A stretch of DNA of 64,000 nucleotides from positions 1 through 64,000 of the IMG/VR virus record IMGVR_UViG_2671180233_000001. One strand, written 5' to 3'. The position numbers and the translations under genes were made by a program. Source of the stretch: a virus (lineage: Duplodnaviria; Caudoviricetes). The notes under the pieces are model-generated. The model did not search any database, was not told where the DNA came from, and saw only the letters and a program-made list of their open reading frames with translations. Shown piece after piece: positions 37,743 through 47,832 of the stretch (its first letter is position 1; every line of letters starts with the position of its first letter).

Positions 37743-38024
37743 ATGATTAATGCCTACCGTAATGCGATTAGAACTTTGCTTGAACAACGCAGGAATCAGA
37801 GTGATGTCCGGCGCATAATTGTCTGGGATGTTCAGCCGGACGAGGCCAAAGATCCTACATTACTTAGTCTGAGGGCATATGGTACCCGGATGCATGTTGA
37901 TGTTGTATTGGTTGCTTGTGGTGTTTCAGGCATATGGGAATTATTACCAGTACAACGGATAATTTTACCATTAATCAGCGATGTCATTGCTCTAAGAAAA
38001 ACATATATGAGTGATGAAATCTAA
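37743..38024 (+). CDS. Small baseplate-associated protein (LysM/gpX-like)
   Basis: DPTLLS.RAYG pattern; late position. Confidence 0.5.
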   Translation: MINAYRNAIRTLLEQRRNQSDVRRIIVWDVQPDEAKDPTLLSLRAYGTRMHVDVVLVACGVSGIWELLPVQRIILPLISDVIALRKTYMSDEI

Positions 38025-39157
38025 TGGCAGAGATCGAACCAGATCGTTTGCGTGCTGCACATCAGCATCTTAGGCAGAAAGTTGAGCAATCTGACCTAAG
38101 GGCACAAGGTAAAAGTCGATTTACCAGTGAAACCCAACAACGAAAGGAAGTTGGCAAAGGCGATTCAAAACTTACAGAACCTACTTTTCTGCGTCCTCAG
38201 GATATACAAAAAGGTGTAACTTATGATGTTGAGAAGGTCTTTTATACGACTCTTGGTAATGAAATACGCCGTGTAAATCGTGATGATCTGGTGGCTTTTC
38301 AAAAAAATATCGAGTTGTTGCAGGACCAGTATAAGCGAGGTATTACAGCAAAACAGGTTATAAATTTAAGCTTGCCATTTGATATCAAAAAATCAAATGA
38401 ACAAATCTTTATGGCGGTACCTCTAAGCATAAAAAATGGCGTTGTTCATTTTATGACAAATGCCAGTAAAGAAAGTAATGTTACTGAACACCATGTAAAT
38501 GTTGAGTTCCTTAATTATCAATCATTAATTTTACAACCCACTGCTATTACAGCGGATGCAGTGAAAAAGAAACTGATGTATGGAAAGTTGAAATTTGAAT
38601 GTGATTGTGGACGGCATACATACTGGTTTAGATATATTGCATCAATTGGTGGATATGGTTTTGGGCGTATTGAAGAAGGCTATCCAAAACTCACAAATCC
38701 ACATCTAGCCGGAGTGGCTTGTAAACATGTATTAAGAGTCATGCACTATATTCTTTCACCAGCATTTACACAGTATATTACCAAGCAATTACAGAAAGAA
38801 CGCAGTAAACAGGCAGGTCAACGACGTAAACAAACTGACAGGCAATTGATTAAAGAACTGGACCGCCAGTTTGAAATTATTGAGAGTAAAACCAATAAGG
38901 TTATCGCACGTAACGATAAGGCAGCTCAACGTGAAATGATGCGCCGGGCTAATAATTATAATAAGGCAAAACAGAGAGAGGCAGAAAAACGGCAAAAACA
39001 GGAACTTGAGAAAGTTGCTAAAGAACAGGGTAAAGATGCTGCTGATAAAATCATACAAAAGCAAAAACAGGATGCACTTCGTACTTTAGATTCTTTGCTG
39101 GCATCAAAGTTAATCACCCCAGAACAGTACGCATTCTATAAACGAGGTACAAAGTAA
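38024..39157 (+). CDS. Protein with SWIM-like zinc finger
   Basis: FECDCGRH...ACKHV; basic coiled-coil C-terminus. Confidence 0.65.
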   Translation: MAEIEPDRLRAAHQHLRQKVEQSDLRAQGKSRFTSETQQRKEVGKGDSKLTEPTFLRPQDIQKGVTYDVEKVFYTTLGNEIRRVNRDDLVAFQKNIELLQDQYKRGITAKQVINLSLPFDIKKSNEQIFMAVPLSIKNGVVHFMTNASKESNVTEHHVNVEFLNYQSLILQPTAITADAVKKKLMYGKLKFECDCGRHTYWFRYIASIGGYGFGRIEEGYPKLTNPHLAGVACKHVLRVMHYILSPAFTQYITKQLQKERSKQAGQRRKQTDRQLIKELDRQFEIIESKTNKVIARNDKAAQREMMRRANNYNKAKQREAEKRQKQELEKVAKEQGKDAADKIIQKQKQDALRTLDSLLASKLITPEQYAFYKRGTK

Positions 39158-39690
39158 TGCTTAACACAGCCGTTAATCGAGTTGCCAATGGTCGTAGACT
39201 TGTGGCTAGGCGTGTCGTAATGAATACACTTGCCAGTGTTCAGGCTCAGATTTGGCGTAAAAACATCATTTACGACAATGCAGATATTTCAGAACCTTTA
39301 GATCCATTATCGTTTGAAGCATTGGCTGTTTCTCAACAGGACGAGCCAAATTATAGCTATGAATATATTGGGATGGCCTATATTTTAGCGGATAAATTCA
39401 ATGGTGGTTATGTCCATAAAAATTTCTCAATGGTCAATCCTGATGATGTGGCGATATTTGCCCAAATTGAACCATATGATAGTTCTTATGAGCAAATATC
39501 AGATCAAATAACTAAAATTCCGGATTTCACCTTAAATGAAGGTGATCTACTGGGATTGTCTGTATATCAAGATTTTATGGTTTGGTTTGAAATTGTCAGC
39601 ATTACTGGCCAGACCATCATGGCAGATTTTGGAACCAAGTTCATTCTTAATCGACGTGATGATTTACAGTTAGACCCAATAAAAGAGTAG
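39157..39690 (+). CDS. Hypothetical virion protein
   Basis: TAATG-coupled late ORF. Confidence 0.6.
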   Translation: MLNTAVNRVANGRRLVARRVVMNTLASVQAQIWRKNIIYDNADISEPLDPLSFEALAVSQQDEPNYSYEYIGMAYILADKFNGGYVHKNFSMVNPDDVAIFAQIEPYDSSYEQISDQITKIPDFTLNEGDLLGLSVYQDFMVWFEIVSITGQTIMADFGTKFILNRRDDLQLDPIKE

Positions 39691-39702
39691 GAAATTATTA
39701 TT

Positions 39703-40011
39703 ATGGCTTATTTATTGTTCAATGAAACAGGAAAATCAGTAGGTGATGTTGGTATGAAATCTCAATGTACATCTGCAATTTTTAATTACCAGGTAATTGG
39801 CAGTGGAGCAGTTGTTGAGTTTTCTGGATCTAATGTGCCTTTGGATCAACTAGACATTGGCATTGAGGATCAATGGATCCCTATTTGCACAATTGAATCT
39901 GGTGTGGCTGATAGTGAACCTTTTAGGCAACATGTCTGGAATTCTTTGCGCTATAAAGTAACCGCAGGTGCGGAAGTAGGAATTTATGTGACCAGCGGGG
40001 TTAGTGGGTAA
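39703..40011 (+). CDS. Hypothetical virion protein
   Basis: Late ORF with SD. Confidence 0.6.
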   Translation: MAYLLFNETGKSVGDVGMKSQCTSAIFNYQVIGSGAVVEFSGSNVPLDQLDIGIEDQWIPICTIESGVADSEPFRQHVWNSLRYKVTAGAEVGIYVTSGVSG

Positions 40012-40129
40012 AATATCCAAGGAATATTTAGGAAATCAAGATTCTGCACTCTAGTTTTTTTTAATTATTATAGTAATAATGTTAGTTACTTGACTTAATT
40101 TTAAGCAAAATTACTAGGGTGTATTTTAA

Positions 40130-41080
40130 ATGTCAAAAAATCCTAAAATTGAAACAGCTTTTTATCTTGATAACTGGACATATGAAAATGGAGATATTAA
40201 AGATTTAATTGATAATTCAATCCACATAAAGGCTAATGAATTTGAGTTGAGTATGAAAGGCAATATTTTTTGCCCATCATGTAAAACACCTTTATCAAGA
40301 GTTCCAACTGATGGAAATATACTTACAAATAATAGAAATGCATTTTTTAGACATTTACCGAGATTTAAAGATGTAAAATGTAGTCTTCGAACACCAGAGG
40401 GGAATGGGAAAAAATATAGTAATGAAGAACAAGCCAAAAAAGCTATCAATGATGGTGAGCTAATAATAATTTCAAAATTTATTTCTGAACCAGTGGAAAA
40501 TAATTCAACTGATAAAACTAAACCCTATGATTTTGAGTTTATTGAGGATGAGGAAGGTGAAATAACAGGTATTCCAATATCAAGACATCAAGGCGAAAAA
40601 CTAAATTTACCGACTCGAATAATGTCTATTCAGGCACTTTGTGTAAATTTCGATAAAAAGTTGCACGCTTATATTTACTTTCCAAATATGCAAAAAGCAT
40701 TAACATTAAAAGATACTTTAATCAATATTCAAGAATTAGACGAACCCAGAATGAGGGAAATGGCTCAAGATATTGACCAGATACCTAGTTTATTTTACGG
40801 CAAGATCAAAATATCTAAATTTTTAAGAAACGCGAATGATGATTACATAAGAATGACTTTTTTAGAAAAACATGACTCCATTATTCATTTTTCTCTAAAG
40901 ATTAAATCTAAATTACAGGATCGTAGAGGAATTCGTGAAGGAGGGTGTTCAGGACGATTTGTACTTTTTTGGGGCACAATTAAAGAAAGTGGTGTTGGTT
41001 TCTCTGTTAGTCCATCTTGGGGTGAATTCGGTTTGCTTAGTGAAAAGTATAATAAGTTCTTATGTGATATTAATGAGTAA
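40130..41080 (+). CDS. AT-rich moron with CoiA-like zinc-finger N-terminus
   Basis: CPSC...FFRH......C; low GC; no late promoter motif. Confidence 0.65.
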   Translation: MSKNPKIETAFYLDNWTYENGDIKDLIDNSIHIKANEFELSMKGNIFCPSCKTPLSRVPTDGNILTNNRNAFFRHLPRFKDVKCSLRTPEGNGKKYSNEEQAKKAINDGELIIISKFISEPVENNSTDKTKPYDFEFIEDEEGEITGIPISRHQGEKLNLPTRIMSIQALCVNFDKKLHAYIYFPNMQKALTLKDTLINIQELDEPRMREMAQDIDQIPSLFYGKIKISKFLRNANDDYIRMTFLEKHDSIIHFSLKIKSKLQDRRGIREGGCSGRFVLFWGTIKESGVGFSVSPSWGEFGLLSEKYNKFLCDINE

Positions 41081-41106
41081 CTGAACATACACTTATTTTT
41101 TTATTT

Positions 41107-41176
41107 TGGAACCCACCATAAAACCCTATTTTTGCTTATGTAAAGATGCTCCCAATGAAGATTTTCTTTACATAGG
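41107..41176 (+). promoter_or_regulatory. Late promoter element 6 (TGGAAC-N29-AAAGAT) with RBS hairpin
   Basis: CTTATGTAAAGA (41135-41146) and TCTTTACATAGG (41165-41176). Confidence 0.78.
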
Positions 41177-41184
41177 TAAAAGAC

Positions 41185-42957
41185 ATGGGTGCATTAAGCA
41201 ACGAAGCACAACAACATTTTGACGCACAATCTCAGGCAATTGCAACTTGTGCAAAATATTATTTTAGTAATGGTCAAGTCGCTGGTTTCGATAGTATCAG
41301 TGTAGAACCTTCAGCACGTCCCGAACCTTTGCAGGCAATTTTTGATAGCATTGAAGAAAAATACCAAGCCAAGATTGATGATGCTGTGCGCATGGGGATT
41401 GAAGCATATCAAAGCCGAAACGGTGGGGAGTTACCGCATCCGAGCGTGATTGCTTCGGCCTTGAGTGCTGGTAAAAGTGTTGCGGAAGGAAAATATAATC
41501 AAGCTATGTTCGATGGCTTGGCACAATTTGATGATATCTCCAATGGCTCTTATGAACAGGCTGCTGTAGTTCCGGCTATGACTGTAGTGACCATTGCCAA
41601 TGTCATTGCGAATTCCTTACCAATTGTCGCGATGTTGCCAAACCCAACCAATTCTGTTCGTGTCCCTGTAGTTGCTGTTCGGTATATGACTGACTCAGCT
41701 TTTGGTGCAATGGCACAAGGTGACTATCTGGATGGTGCCAACGCAGCTCTACCATACGCCGAAGGACGTTTTGCTTTTGCATTGACTGCTGAAAGTGCTA
41801 CTCCTAATGTTTATGCGGTGACTGCTCGGACTACATACGAGGATTTTACTGCAAAAACTCCGAATGAAAATGGTGATTTACTGCCATTTCTTTCAGGCAA
41901 TGTTTCATTGCGAGTAAATGGTCGTGAATTAGCGCATACCCGTGGTGATCAAAATCTTTCAGTTGCTAAAGGTTCAGTCAGTGCAACGATCAAACGTCCA
42001 GAAATTGAAATTGCTGGTACTACTTTTACATTGAATGCTGTATCAGTAAATATTGACACACGTACTATTACTGCAACTTTTGATCAGGCATTACCGGCAA
42101 ATACAGCAATTGAAGTGCATTTGGTTGCAGATTTTGATGCAAAAGATGGTAGTAAAAAGCATTTGCTGAATCCAGTTGGTGTATCGCTAGAACCAGAATA
42201 TGACTTAATTCAGTCTGTACCGGTCGTTAACCACATTAATGTTTCTTATAACACCAATAATCAGATGGCCAATGAATTAGGTGTTGGTTTTGTGGGTGCG
42301 GCATTGGCCGCGATGCAAGGTAAATATTTCCTGGAACAAAATGTACGCCTATTGAAAGAAGCAAAAGACCGTGCGAAATATACCAGTGGCGACGGTGCTG
42401 CAAAGCGTATCTTCACTTTTGATGCTTCACGCGGGGCTACCGGTAATTTAACTGCTGCAATGAATACTACGGCAGATCTTATTCGTGAAATCCTGAAATT
42501 CATTCAGTTTGCAAAATTAAAGATTCGTCAGGCCTCCGGTGGCGCAACTGTCCGATTTGGCCTTTATGTTGGTGATTTGGGGGCTGTATTCTTTAATCAG
42601 CTTGATTCAAGCGTATTCACCAAAACTGGTGCTACTGCATCATGGGGTGAGATCGTGCGAATCGGTACACTGAATGATGGTACCGATGTTTATCACACAC
42701 CGACTGCTCAGGGGGTTGTCATTGAAGGTGTGAATGCTGCCGAAATTATGCTGGTAGGGAATGGTAATGAACCTGCACGTAATCCAATGGTTGGGACCAT
42801 TACTCAGCCACCAATTTTCCGTGAAGCTAAACCGGATACACGGGATATTCAGTTCGGCCTACATGCACAAATGGCTGCGGAATTAAATCCACTTGAGCGA
42901 TATGCAGATCAAGTGGCACTAATCGAAATGATTAACCTGCCAGCCCTTGGTGCGTAA
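41185..42957 (+). CDS. Major capsid protein (P1 gp23-like)
   Basis: 590 aa, biased codon usage, RIG.L..G..VYH and AELNP..RY motifs; followed by a terminator. Confidence 0.75.
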   Translation: MGALSNEAQQHFDAQSQAIATCAKYYFSNGQVAGFDSISVEPSARPEPLQAIFDSIEEKYQAKIDDAVRMGIEAYQSRNGGELPHPSVIASALSAGKSVAEGKYNQAMFDGLAQFDDISNGSYEQAAVVPAMTVVTIANVIANSLPIVAMLPNPTNSVRVPVVAVRYMTDSAFGAMAQGDYLDGANAALPYAEGRFAFALTAESATPNVYAVTARTTYEDFTAKTPNENGDLLPFLSGNVSLRVNGRELAHTRGDQNLSVAKGSVSATIKRPEIEIAGTTFTLNAVSVNIDTRTITATFDQALPANTAIEVHLVADFDAKDGSKKHLLNPVGVSLEPEYDLIQSVPVVNHINVSYNTNNQMANELGVGFVGAALAAMQGKYFLEQNVRLLKEAKDRAKYTSGDGAAKRIFTFDASRGATGNLTAAMNTTADLIREILKFIQFAKLKIRQASGGATVRFGLYVGDLGAVFFNQLDSSVFTKTGATASWGEIVRIGTLNDGTDVYHTPTAQGVVIEGVNAAEIMLVGNGNEPARNPMVGTITQPPIFREAKPDTRDIQFGLHAQMAAELNPLERYADQVALIEMINLPALGA

Positions 42958-42971
42958 TCACTGGAACATAG

Positions 42972-42998
42972 AAAAGGCGTAGTTTTACGCCTTTTTTT
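42972..42998 (+). terminator. Intrinsic terminator
   Basis: AAAAGGCGTA-GTTT-TACGCCTTTTTTT. Confidence 0.8.
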
Positions 42999-43019
42999 AT
43001 AAAATTTGAGGATATTCTA

Positions 43020-43586
43020 ATGACTGAAAACACAGAAACCCTAAATGATCCCGTTGCCACTTCAACCCTTTCAGATGAAAATCTAACAGGACAGCCGGAG
43101 GATAAAGCAGATGAAAGTTCAAATGATGCAGCAACAAATGGATCTGATAGCCTTGTTGTAGCTGATGAAACCAACCAATCCGAAGATACCTCCCCATCGA
43201 ATTCGACAACAGCTGAAGCAGCAAATTCGATTGATATGAAAGCGGTAAGTGCTGAAAAAACAACTACGAAGCGTAAATACACAAAAAAAGAAACAAGTAA
43301 GACTACTACAGATAAAACAGCTTTAACGACCTCTAAACCAACTGAAAATATTGTTGAAGTAGTTCCGCAAGACGAAATTAAACAGGATACCACTGTAACA
43401 AAATCGTCAGATCTTAGTATTAAGGTAACCAATTCTGGATCAATGACAGTTGTTGAACCCATGACGTGTACTTCAATTAAGCCGGGTGAAACAGTCACAA
43501 TTGAAGCGAATAGTCGTACTTATTATGATCAGATACGAAAAAATCTTGCACAATTGCAAGCCTTTGGTCGTAAATTGGAGTTTTAA
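43020..43586 (+). CDS. Hypothetical protein with low-complexity N-terminus
   Basis: GAGG SD; T/S/E-rich. Confidence 0.65.
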   Translation: MTENTETLNDPVATSTLSDENLTGQPEDKADESSNDAATNGSDSLVVADETNQSEDTSPSNSTTAEAANSIDMKAVSAEKTTTKRKYTKKETSKTTTDKTALTTSKPTENIVEVVPQDEIKQDTTVTKSSDLSIKVTNSGSMTVVEPMTCTSIKPGETVTIEANSRTYYDQIRKNLAQLQAFGRKLEF

Positions 43587-43589
43587 TTC

Positions 43590-44498
43590 ATGACAATTGC
43601 AATTAATGGTACCAATGCATTTACTGATTTATTAGGTGATGAAGCTACTGAATATGTGCTGAAGCTTGGTAATTTAGCTTCTCGTGACATTTTAGAACCT
43701 TTAACCGGTTTAGTGGTAGGGGCTTTGGGCCAAGTTGAATTTACATTAACTGGGCGTTTGGCTTATGAGCAACTACTAAAAAATATTGCACAAATTAATC
43801 ATCTACATGGATTTTCAGCTCTTAAACTCTCAGATGTGGTCGATGTATTTAATATTATCACTAAGTTTTCGATTGAATCAGAATTTTCGAATCTTGACTA
43901 CCGAAGTGTTTATCATCTTAATCCAGGTGATACGTTAAATTGTATAGTCCGTCCAGATAGTGGGCTAACGCGGCCAGTGCAAATTAAATTTGTTGAACCA
44001 GTATCTACAGGCTTGGTAGATTCCCTTGTAAATACAAATTTTACTTTACAGCCCGGTCAGGATCTTGTTATTCCTTTTAATATCAAGGAAGACATACCTG
44101 AGGGGGACAAAGCTATTTCAATAGTAGTGATGCGCTCGAATGATGAATATGGACAAGTTGCACCATTGGGAACAACCCGCGGATTTACAGTACACTCCCC
44201 AGCTATTGTACCCGCTGAACCCATTTTGAATGGCGCGCCTCAAATGAGTCAGGTGGCAGTAGCATCATATGGCATCAATGTCGTATGGTCCAATATGCCA
44301 AATAATTATCATTTTAAATCCATTAAATGGACAGTTGATAATCCAAATTTTGAAATTTCAATTGTTGACCAAAATAATTTAAGTTCTATCAAAGCATCTC
44401 TTAAAGCAGGTAGTGAAGTTGATGTTGGAGAGATTATAACCATTACACTAGAAGCAGATGAATATACCATCAAAGCTTCAACGGAAGTTATGTCATAG
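43590..44498 (+). CDS. Hypothetical virion protein with Ig-like beta-rich C-terminus
   Basis: N-terminal EPLT...NIAQI resembles the C-terminus of the preceding ORF; beta-strand pattern. Confidence 0.55.
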   Translation: MTIAINGTNAFTDLLGDEATEYVLKLGNLASRDILEPLTGLVVGALGQVEFTLTGRLAYEQLLKNIAQINHLHGFSALKLSDVVDVFNIITKFSIESEFSNLDYRSVYHLNPGDTLNCIVRPDSGLTRPVQIKFVEPVSTGLVDSLVNTNFTLQPGQDLVIPFNIKEDIPEGDKAISIVVMRSNDEYGQVAPLGTTRGFTVHSPAIVPAEPILNGAPQMSQVAVASYGINVVWSNMPNNYHFKSIKWTVDNPNFEISIVDQNNLSSIKASLKAGSEVDVGEIITITLEADEYTIKASTEVMS

Positions 44499-44525
44499 CC
44501 GACCGTCAAGTTAATTACTCCTATT

Positions 44526-44551
44526 AGGCTGCATGGTGCAGCCTACTTTTT
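44526..44551 (+). terminator. Intrinsic terminator
   Basis: AGGCTGCA-TGG-TGCAGCCT followed by a T run. Confidence 0.75.
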
Positions 44552-44618
44552 GGAACATACGGTAAATACCCAAAAAAGTATTTGCCACAATACATATATC
44601 AATGATGTTTGGTGGCAA
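44551..44618 (+). promoter_or_regulatory. Late promoter element 7 (TGGAAC-N29-CACAAT) with RBS hairpin
   Basis: TTGCCAC (44582-44588) and GTGGCAA (44612-44618). Confidence 0.75.
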
Positions 44619-44622
44619 TCCA

Positions 44623-44682
44623 ATGATCGAAAAAAGCAAATGTGAAGTTGTCCTTACCTCGTCACAAGGGGGTAATCTATGA
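44623..44682 (+). CDS. 19-aa leader ORF (MIEKSKCEVVLTSSQGGNL) coupled to the sheath gene
   Basis: ATG follows the hairpin-covered GGTGG; its stop overlaps the sheath ATG (ATGA). Confidence 0.45.
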   Translation: MIEKSKCEVVLTSSQGGNL

Positions 44683-45986
44683 CAGCAGTCGCAGTAAATC
44701 TAAATTCCAGTGGTCAAATCAGTTTAGGAAATACTGAAGGTGCTGCATTCGGAATTGACTATGATCTATACAATTATCTAGGTTCAGAAGTTGCATTAAA
44801 AATTCAGTTTTTCGGAAAAGTGGCCAATCCGACAAAAGGAAGCCAAATTGTTTGTCGATTAACATGGATTGATACACTGGCTGGTGATGAAATATATCAA
44901 GTACAAGGTAATTTAAGCTGGAATGAAGAGGATAACTCATCACTCTGGAATGTTGCTGGAGCTAAAAATATTTTCAAATCATTTGAACTGGTTTATGGCA
45001 ACAATAGTTACAGTAATATGATCGCAGCCATACTCCTAAGTGATGCGTACAATTCCGTTAACAGCTTAGGCCGAAATTCTATTCAATTGGTCCTTATTGA
45101 AGATCAACCACCTGGTTTTGATGCAGATACACTTTATAAAACTTTGATTTCTCTTGATCAGCGTCCAAGTGATATTGGCCTGAATGGTCTTGATTATTTG
45201 GAAGTATATTCTGCTTTATATCGTGTGATAGATAATCTTAATATTCCATTGATAGTCGAACTGGATCCTACTTTAGATCAGGATGTCGCCATAAGTTTGG
45301 CTCAATCACTTGATGCACAAGATCATCGAGTACAACTGATCTGGTCACCCAACACATGCCGTCCACGTGATGCAAGTTCATTAAGAGGACGTCAAAAGCC
45401 TTGTTATGTATTGGGCCATTATTTGGGCTTGAAAGCTTTACGCAATGTGAAAACTACTGCTCAATCCATTCCGATGATTGCCGACCCAGTTGCTGGTGAA
45501 CCTTATCCGTTTAAATTAAAGGCAATGACCCCACGAGATGATGTGATTTTTGATGAAGAAACCATCGAGGCACTAGCAGAAGCAAAAATCAATGTCGTGC
45601 GACGTATCAATTATGATACTGGTATCCAATTCGTGATGAGTGATGTACTTACTCAATATGTTAGTGAAACCAGCGCCTTACGTGTCGTAAATGCGGCAGA
45701 AATTGCCTGCTATACAACTAATCGTGTGACTGAAATTCTAAAACGTCATATGTTGAAAAAAACAACATCTTTTCTCGAAGATGCCGGTCGGGATATTACC
45801 AAATTTTTAAATGCCTGTTATAGCGCAGGGTTAATCGTGGATGCAGAGGATCTAGGTTACCAGCCATATCAATTCAGTCTGGTACCGGACGAATCAAAAC
45901 CATTTGAACGAGTTCGTTTATATCTTGCACGCCGCCCTGAAGGTGCTGTGCGTTCAGTCATTTTTGATGATGTCATTACTAAATAG
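44679..45986 (+). CDS. Tail sheath protein
   Basis: LA..KINVV, D.LT, S.LR.VN and C-terminal PFERV...R.P.G.VR sheath-like motifs. Confidence 0.75.
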   Translation: MTAVAVNLNSSGQISLGNTEGAAFGIDYDLYNYLGSEVALKIQFFGKVANPTKGSQIVCRLTWIDTLAGDEIYQVQGNLSWNEEDNSSLWNVAGAKNIFKSFELVYGNNSYSNMIAAILLSDAYNSVNSLGRNSIQLVLIEDQPPGFDADTLYKTLISLDQRPSDIGLNGLDYLEVYSALYRVIDNLNIPLIVELDPTLDQDVAISLAQSLDAQDHRVQLIWSPNTCRPRDASSLRGRQKPCYVLGHYLGLKALRNVKTTAQSIPMIADPVAGEPYPFKLKAMTPRDDVIFDEETIEALAEAKINVVRRINYDTGIQFVMSDVLTQYVSETSALRVVNAAEIACYTTNRVTEILKRHMLKKTTSFLEDAGRDITKFLNACYSAGLIVDAEDLGYQPYQFSLVPDESKPFERVRLYLARRPEGAVRSVIFDDVITK

Positions 45987-45998
45987 AGGAAAATAACC

Positions 45999-46787
45999 AT
46001 GAATGGTTTTGGTAGTTTACAACGTGTAAAAGGGTCATTTGCTTTATTTGACGGTGCTACAGCAGCTGAATTTGAAGATGCTGCCAAGCAATTAAGTACC
46101 AGTGAAGTTCGTGAGGCACAATCTATCATTGAACACGCCCGTTCTCTTGGTTTAGGCATTGTTTCGACTTTAATTGCAGATTTAAGTGCCGGTGATTTAG
46201 GTGATCAACTTCCTTCTGATTATCTGGATGGACTTTTGGTTGAGGCAGTAGATGATGCTGACGATGATGATAATGTTTTATTTGATTTGGTCGTAGGTGC
46301 AGTTCAAGATGCTTTTGAAAGCCTGGGTGTTGATGAGACAACGATTGCTCAAATGTTTAGTGACGATGTGACTGTAGCAGATGCAGCGATTGAAGCAGGT
46401 TCTGAATCTGCATTGGCTAATTTGCCAGATGATGGTGAGCCACTTGATGCATTTATCAGCGATTTTGTTTACGGGGAACCATATGAAGGTGAAGCCGGTT
46501 TCGATGCTGCATTATCTTCAAGTCAAATGAAACAAAAAGGTAAGGCGCGGGTAGGTAGTTTTGCAGCACGTAAAGTACATGGTAAAAAAGTGGTCTACAA
46601 AGGTGCTTGGGCTATTCGCAAAGGCCGTAAGGTTATAGTAAATAAACGTTTACCTAACCAGACTGTTCGCTTAACAGCAAAACAAAAAGTTGCAGTGAAA
46701 AAAGCAGGTTTAAAAGCCCGCACAGCCAATGCAATCAAATTACGTGTCAAATCATTTAAAAAAGGTCGGAAATTGGGATTATATTGA
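45999..46787 (+). CDS. Bipolar (acidic N-terminus, basic C-terminus) head/core protein
   Basis: D/E-rich first ~170 aa; K/R-rich last ~90 aa. Confidence 0.65.
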   Translation: MNGFGSLQRVKGSFALFDGATAAEFEDAAKQLSTSEVREAQSIIEHARSLGLGIVSTLIADLSAGDLGDQLPSDYLDGLLVEAVDDADDDDNVLFDLVVGAVQDAFESLGVDETTIAQMFSDDVTVADAAIEAGSESALANLPDDGEPLDAFISDFVYGEPYEGEAGFDAALSSSQMKQKGKARVGSFAARKVHGKKVVYKGAWAIRKGRKVIVNKRLPNQTVRLTAKQKVAVKKAGLKARTANAIKLRVKSFKKGRKLGLY

Positions 46788-46810
46788 TCCTGATTTTTTG
46801 GATGATTGAT

Positions 46811-46836
46811 AAAAAGATCGCTTAGGCGGTCTTTTT
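46811..46836 (+). terminator. Intrinsic terminator
   Basis: AAAAAGATCGC-TTAG-GCGGTCTTTTT. Confidence 0.75.
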
Positions 46837-46949
46837 GTCTAGATATTAGTTTTGAGTATTTATTTACATTGTAACAATATGTTGTAAATATTGTTTAAAT
46901 TGTAATTATAATGTTTATTAGTAAAACAATAATCAAAAGGAGTTTTGAA

Positions 46950-47588
46950 ATGAAAAATGAAATATTAAGTACATGCTTAGTGACTTTGTGTTTGAGTGGC
47001 TGTATGTCGTCCCAAATTAATAGAAATTATAAAGAAACTCGTCAAGACATAAGCGTTGAGGATGCTTTACCTCAAATTGCAATTGGTATTGCTAACATGA
47101 AAAAAAACTTAGATGCTGAAAGTGTAAAGGCAGGGGTTTATGTTGATGATATTCAGTTAGAAATTAATTTGAGTGCTAATGCATCTAAAGATGGAAAGTT
47201 GGGTATAGCGGCAGATCCACTGAGTCTAAAATCATTATCTAAAAGTGTTTTTTCATTTGATGCATCTCAAGATACGAAAATTGAGGATCTAAGAGGTAGC
47301 AAGTTAGTCATCAAATTCAAAAGTGCTAATCAATATAATTTGGAGTATCTTGAGAAATTAAAAGGGCTTGCTAGTATTAATACTGCTAAGCAATCTAATG
47401 AATCAACCAATCAAAATACTGAACCAGACAAGAAACAAGCAACAGCATCGGCCTCAAATTCTGGCTTCAATATAAATTCTGAGACTATAAATAGGATTAT
47501 TGATGAAAAAGCGGTACCTAGTAATGTGATGAATGTAATAAATTCACCTATATTCAAAATAAATACGGACGTCACTAAAACAGATTGA
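46950..47588 (+). CDS. Lipoprotein (moron)
   Basis: AAGGAG SD; signal peptide with lipobox LSGC. Confidence 0.75.
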   Translation: MKNEILSTCLVTLCLSGCMSSQINRNYKETRQDISVEDALPQIAIGIANMKKNLDAESVKAGVYVDDIQLEINLSANASKDGKLGIAADPLSLKSLSKSVFSFDASQDTKIEDLRGSKLVIKFKSANQYNLEYLEKLKGLASINTAKQSNESTNQNTEPDKKQATASASNSGFNINSETINRIIDEKAVPSNVMNVINSPIFKINTDVTKTD

Positions 47589-47732
47589 ATTCGTGGCTCT
47601 AAGGTTTGTTTACGTATTTACTTTGTCTAGTGAGAGAAACCTATTTATGATAGAGAGATTACACAACCGGAAATAGATTTACAGCCACAGTTTCCTTATT
47701 TGTTACAAGGGAAATATTTTAAACTATGACTT

Positions 47733-47755
47733 GGCCACCTTAGGGTGGCATTTTT
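47733..47755 (+). terminator. Intrinsic terminator
   Basis: GCCACC-TTAG-GGTGGC followed by a T run. Confidence 0.75.
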
Positions 47756-47760
47756 ATTTC

Positions 47761-47828
47761 TGGAACCTATAAAAATTTCACTATTTTCTATCAGCCAAAA
47801 TAACTAGATTGAAATCAATTGGTATTTG
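47761..47828 (+). promoter_or_regulatory. Late promoter element 8 (TGGAAC-N29-CAAAAT) with imperfect hairpin
   Basis: -10 at 47796; AAATAACTAGATTGA/TCAATTGGTATTT. Confidence 0.7.
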
Positions 47829-47832
47829 TGTG

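Noticed and set aside
42962-43005. Fourteenth late promoter (TGGAAC at 42962)
   Set aside because: No xAxxxT at 29 nt (TAAAAT is at 32 nt) and the spacer is a terminator hairpin; possibly degenerate, so not counted
42932-43498. 188-aa antisense ORF and similar shadow ORFs in the track
   Set aside because: They mirror well-supported genes on the other strand and show no recognisable motifs
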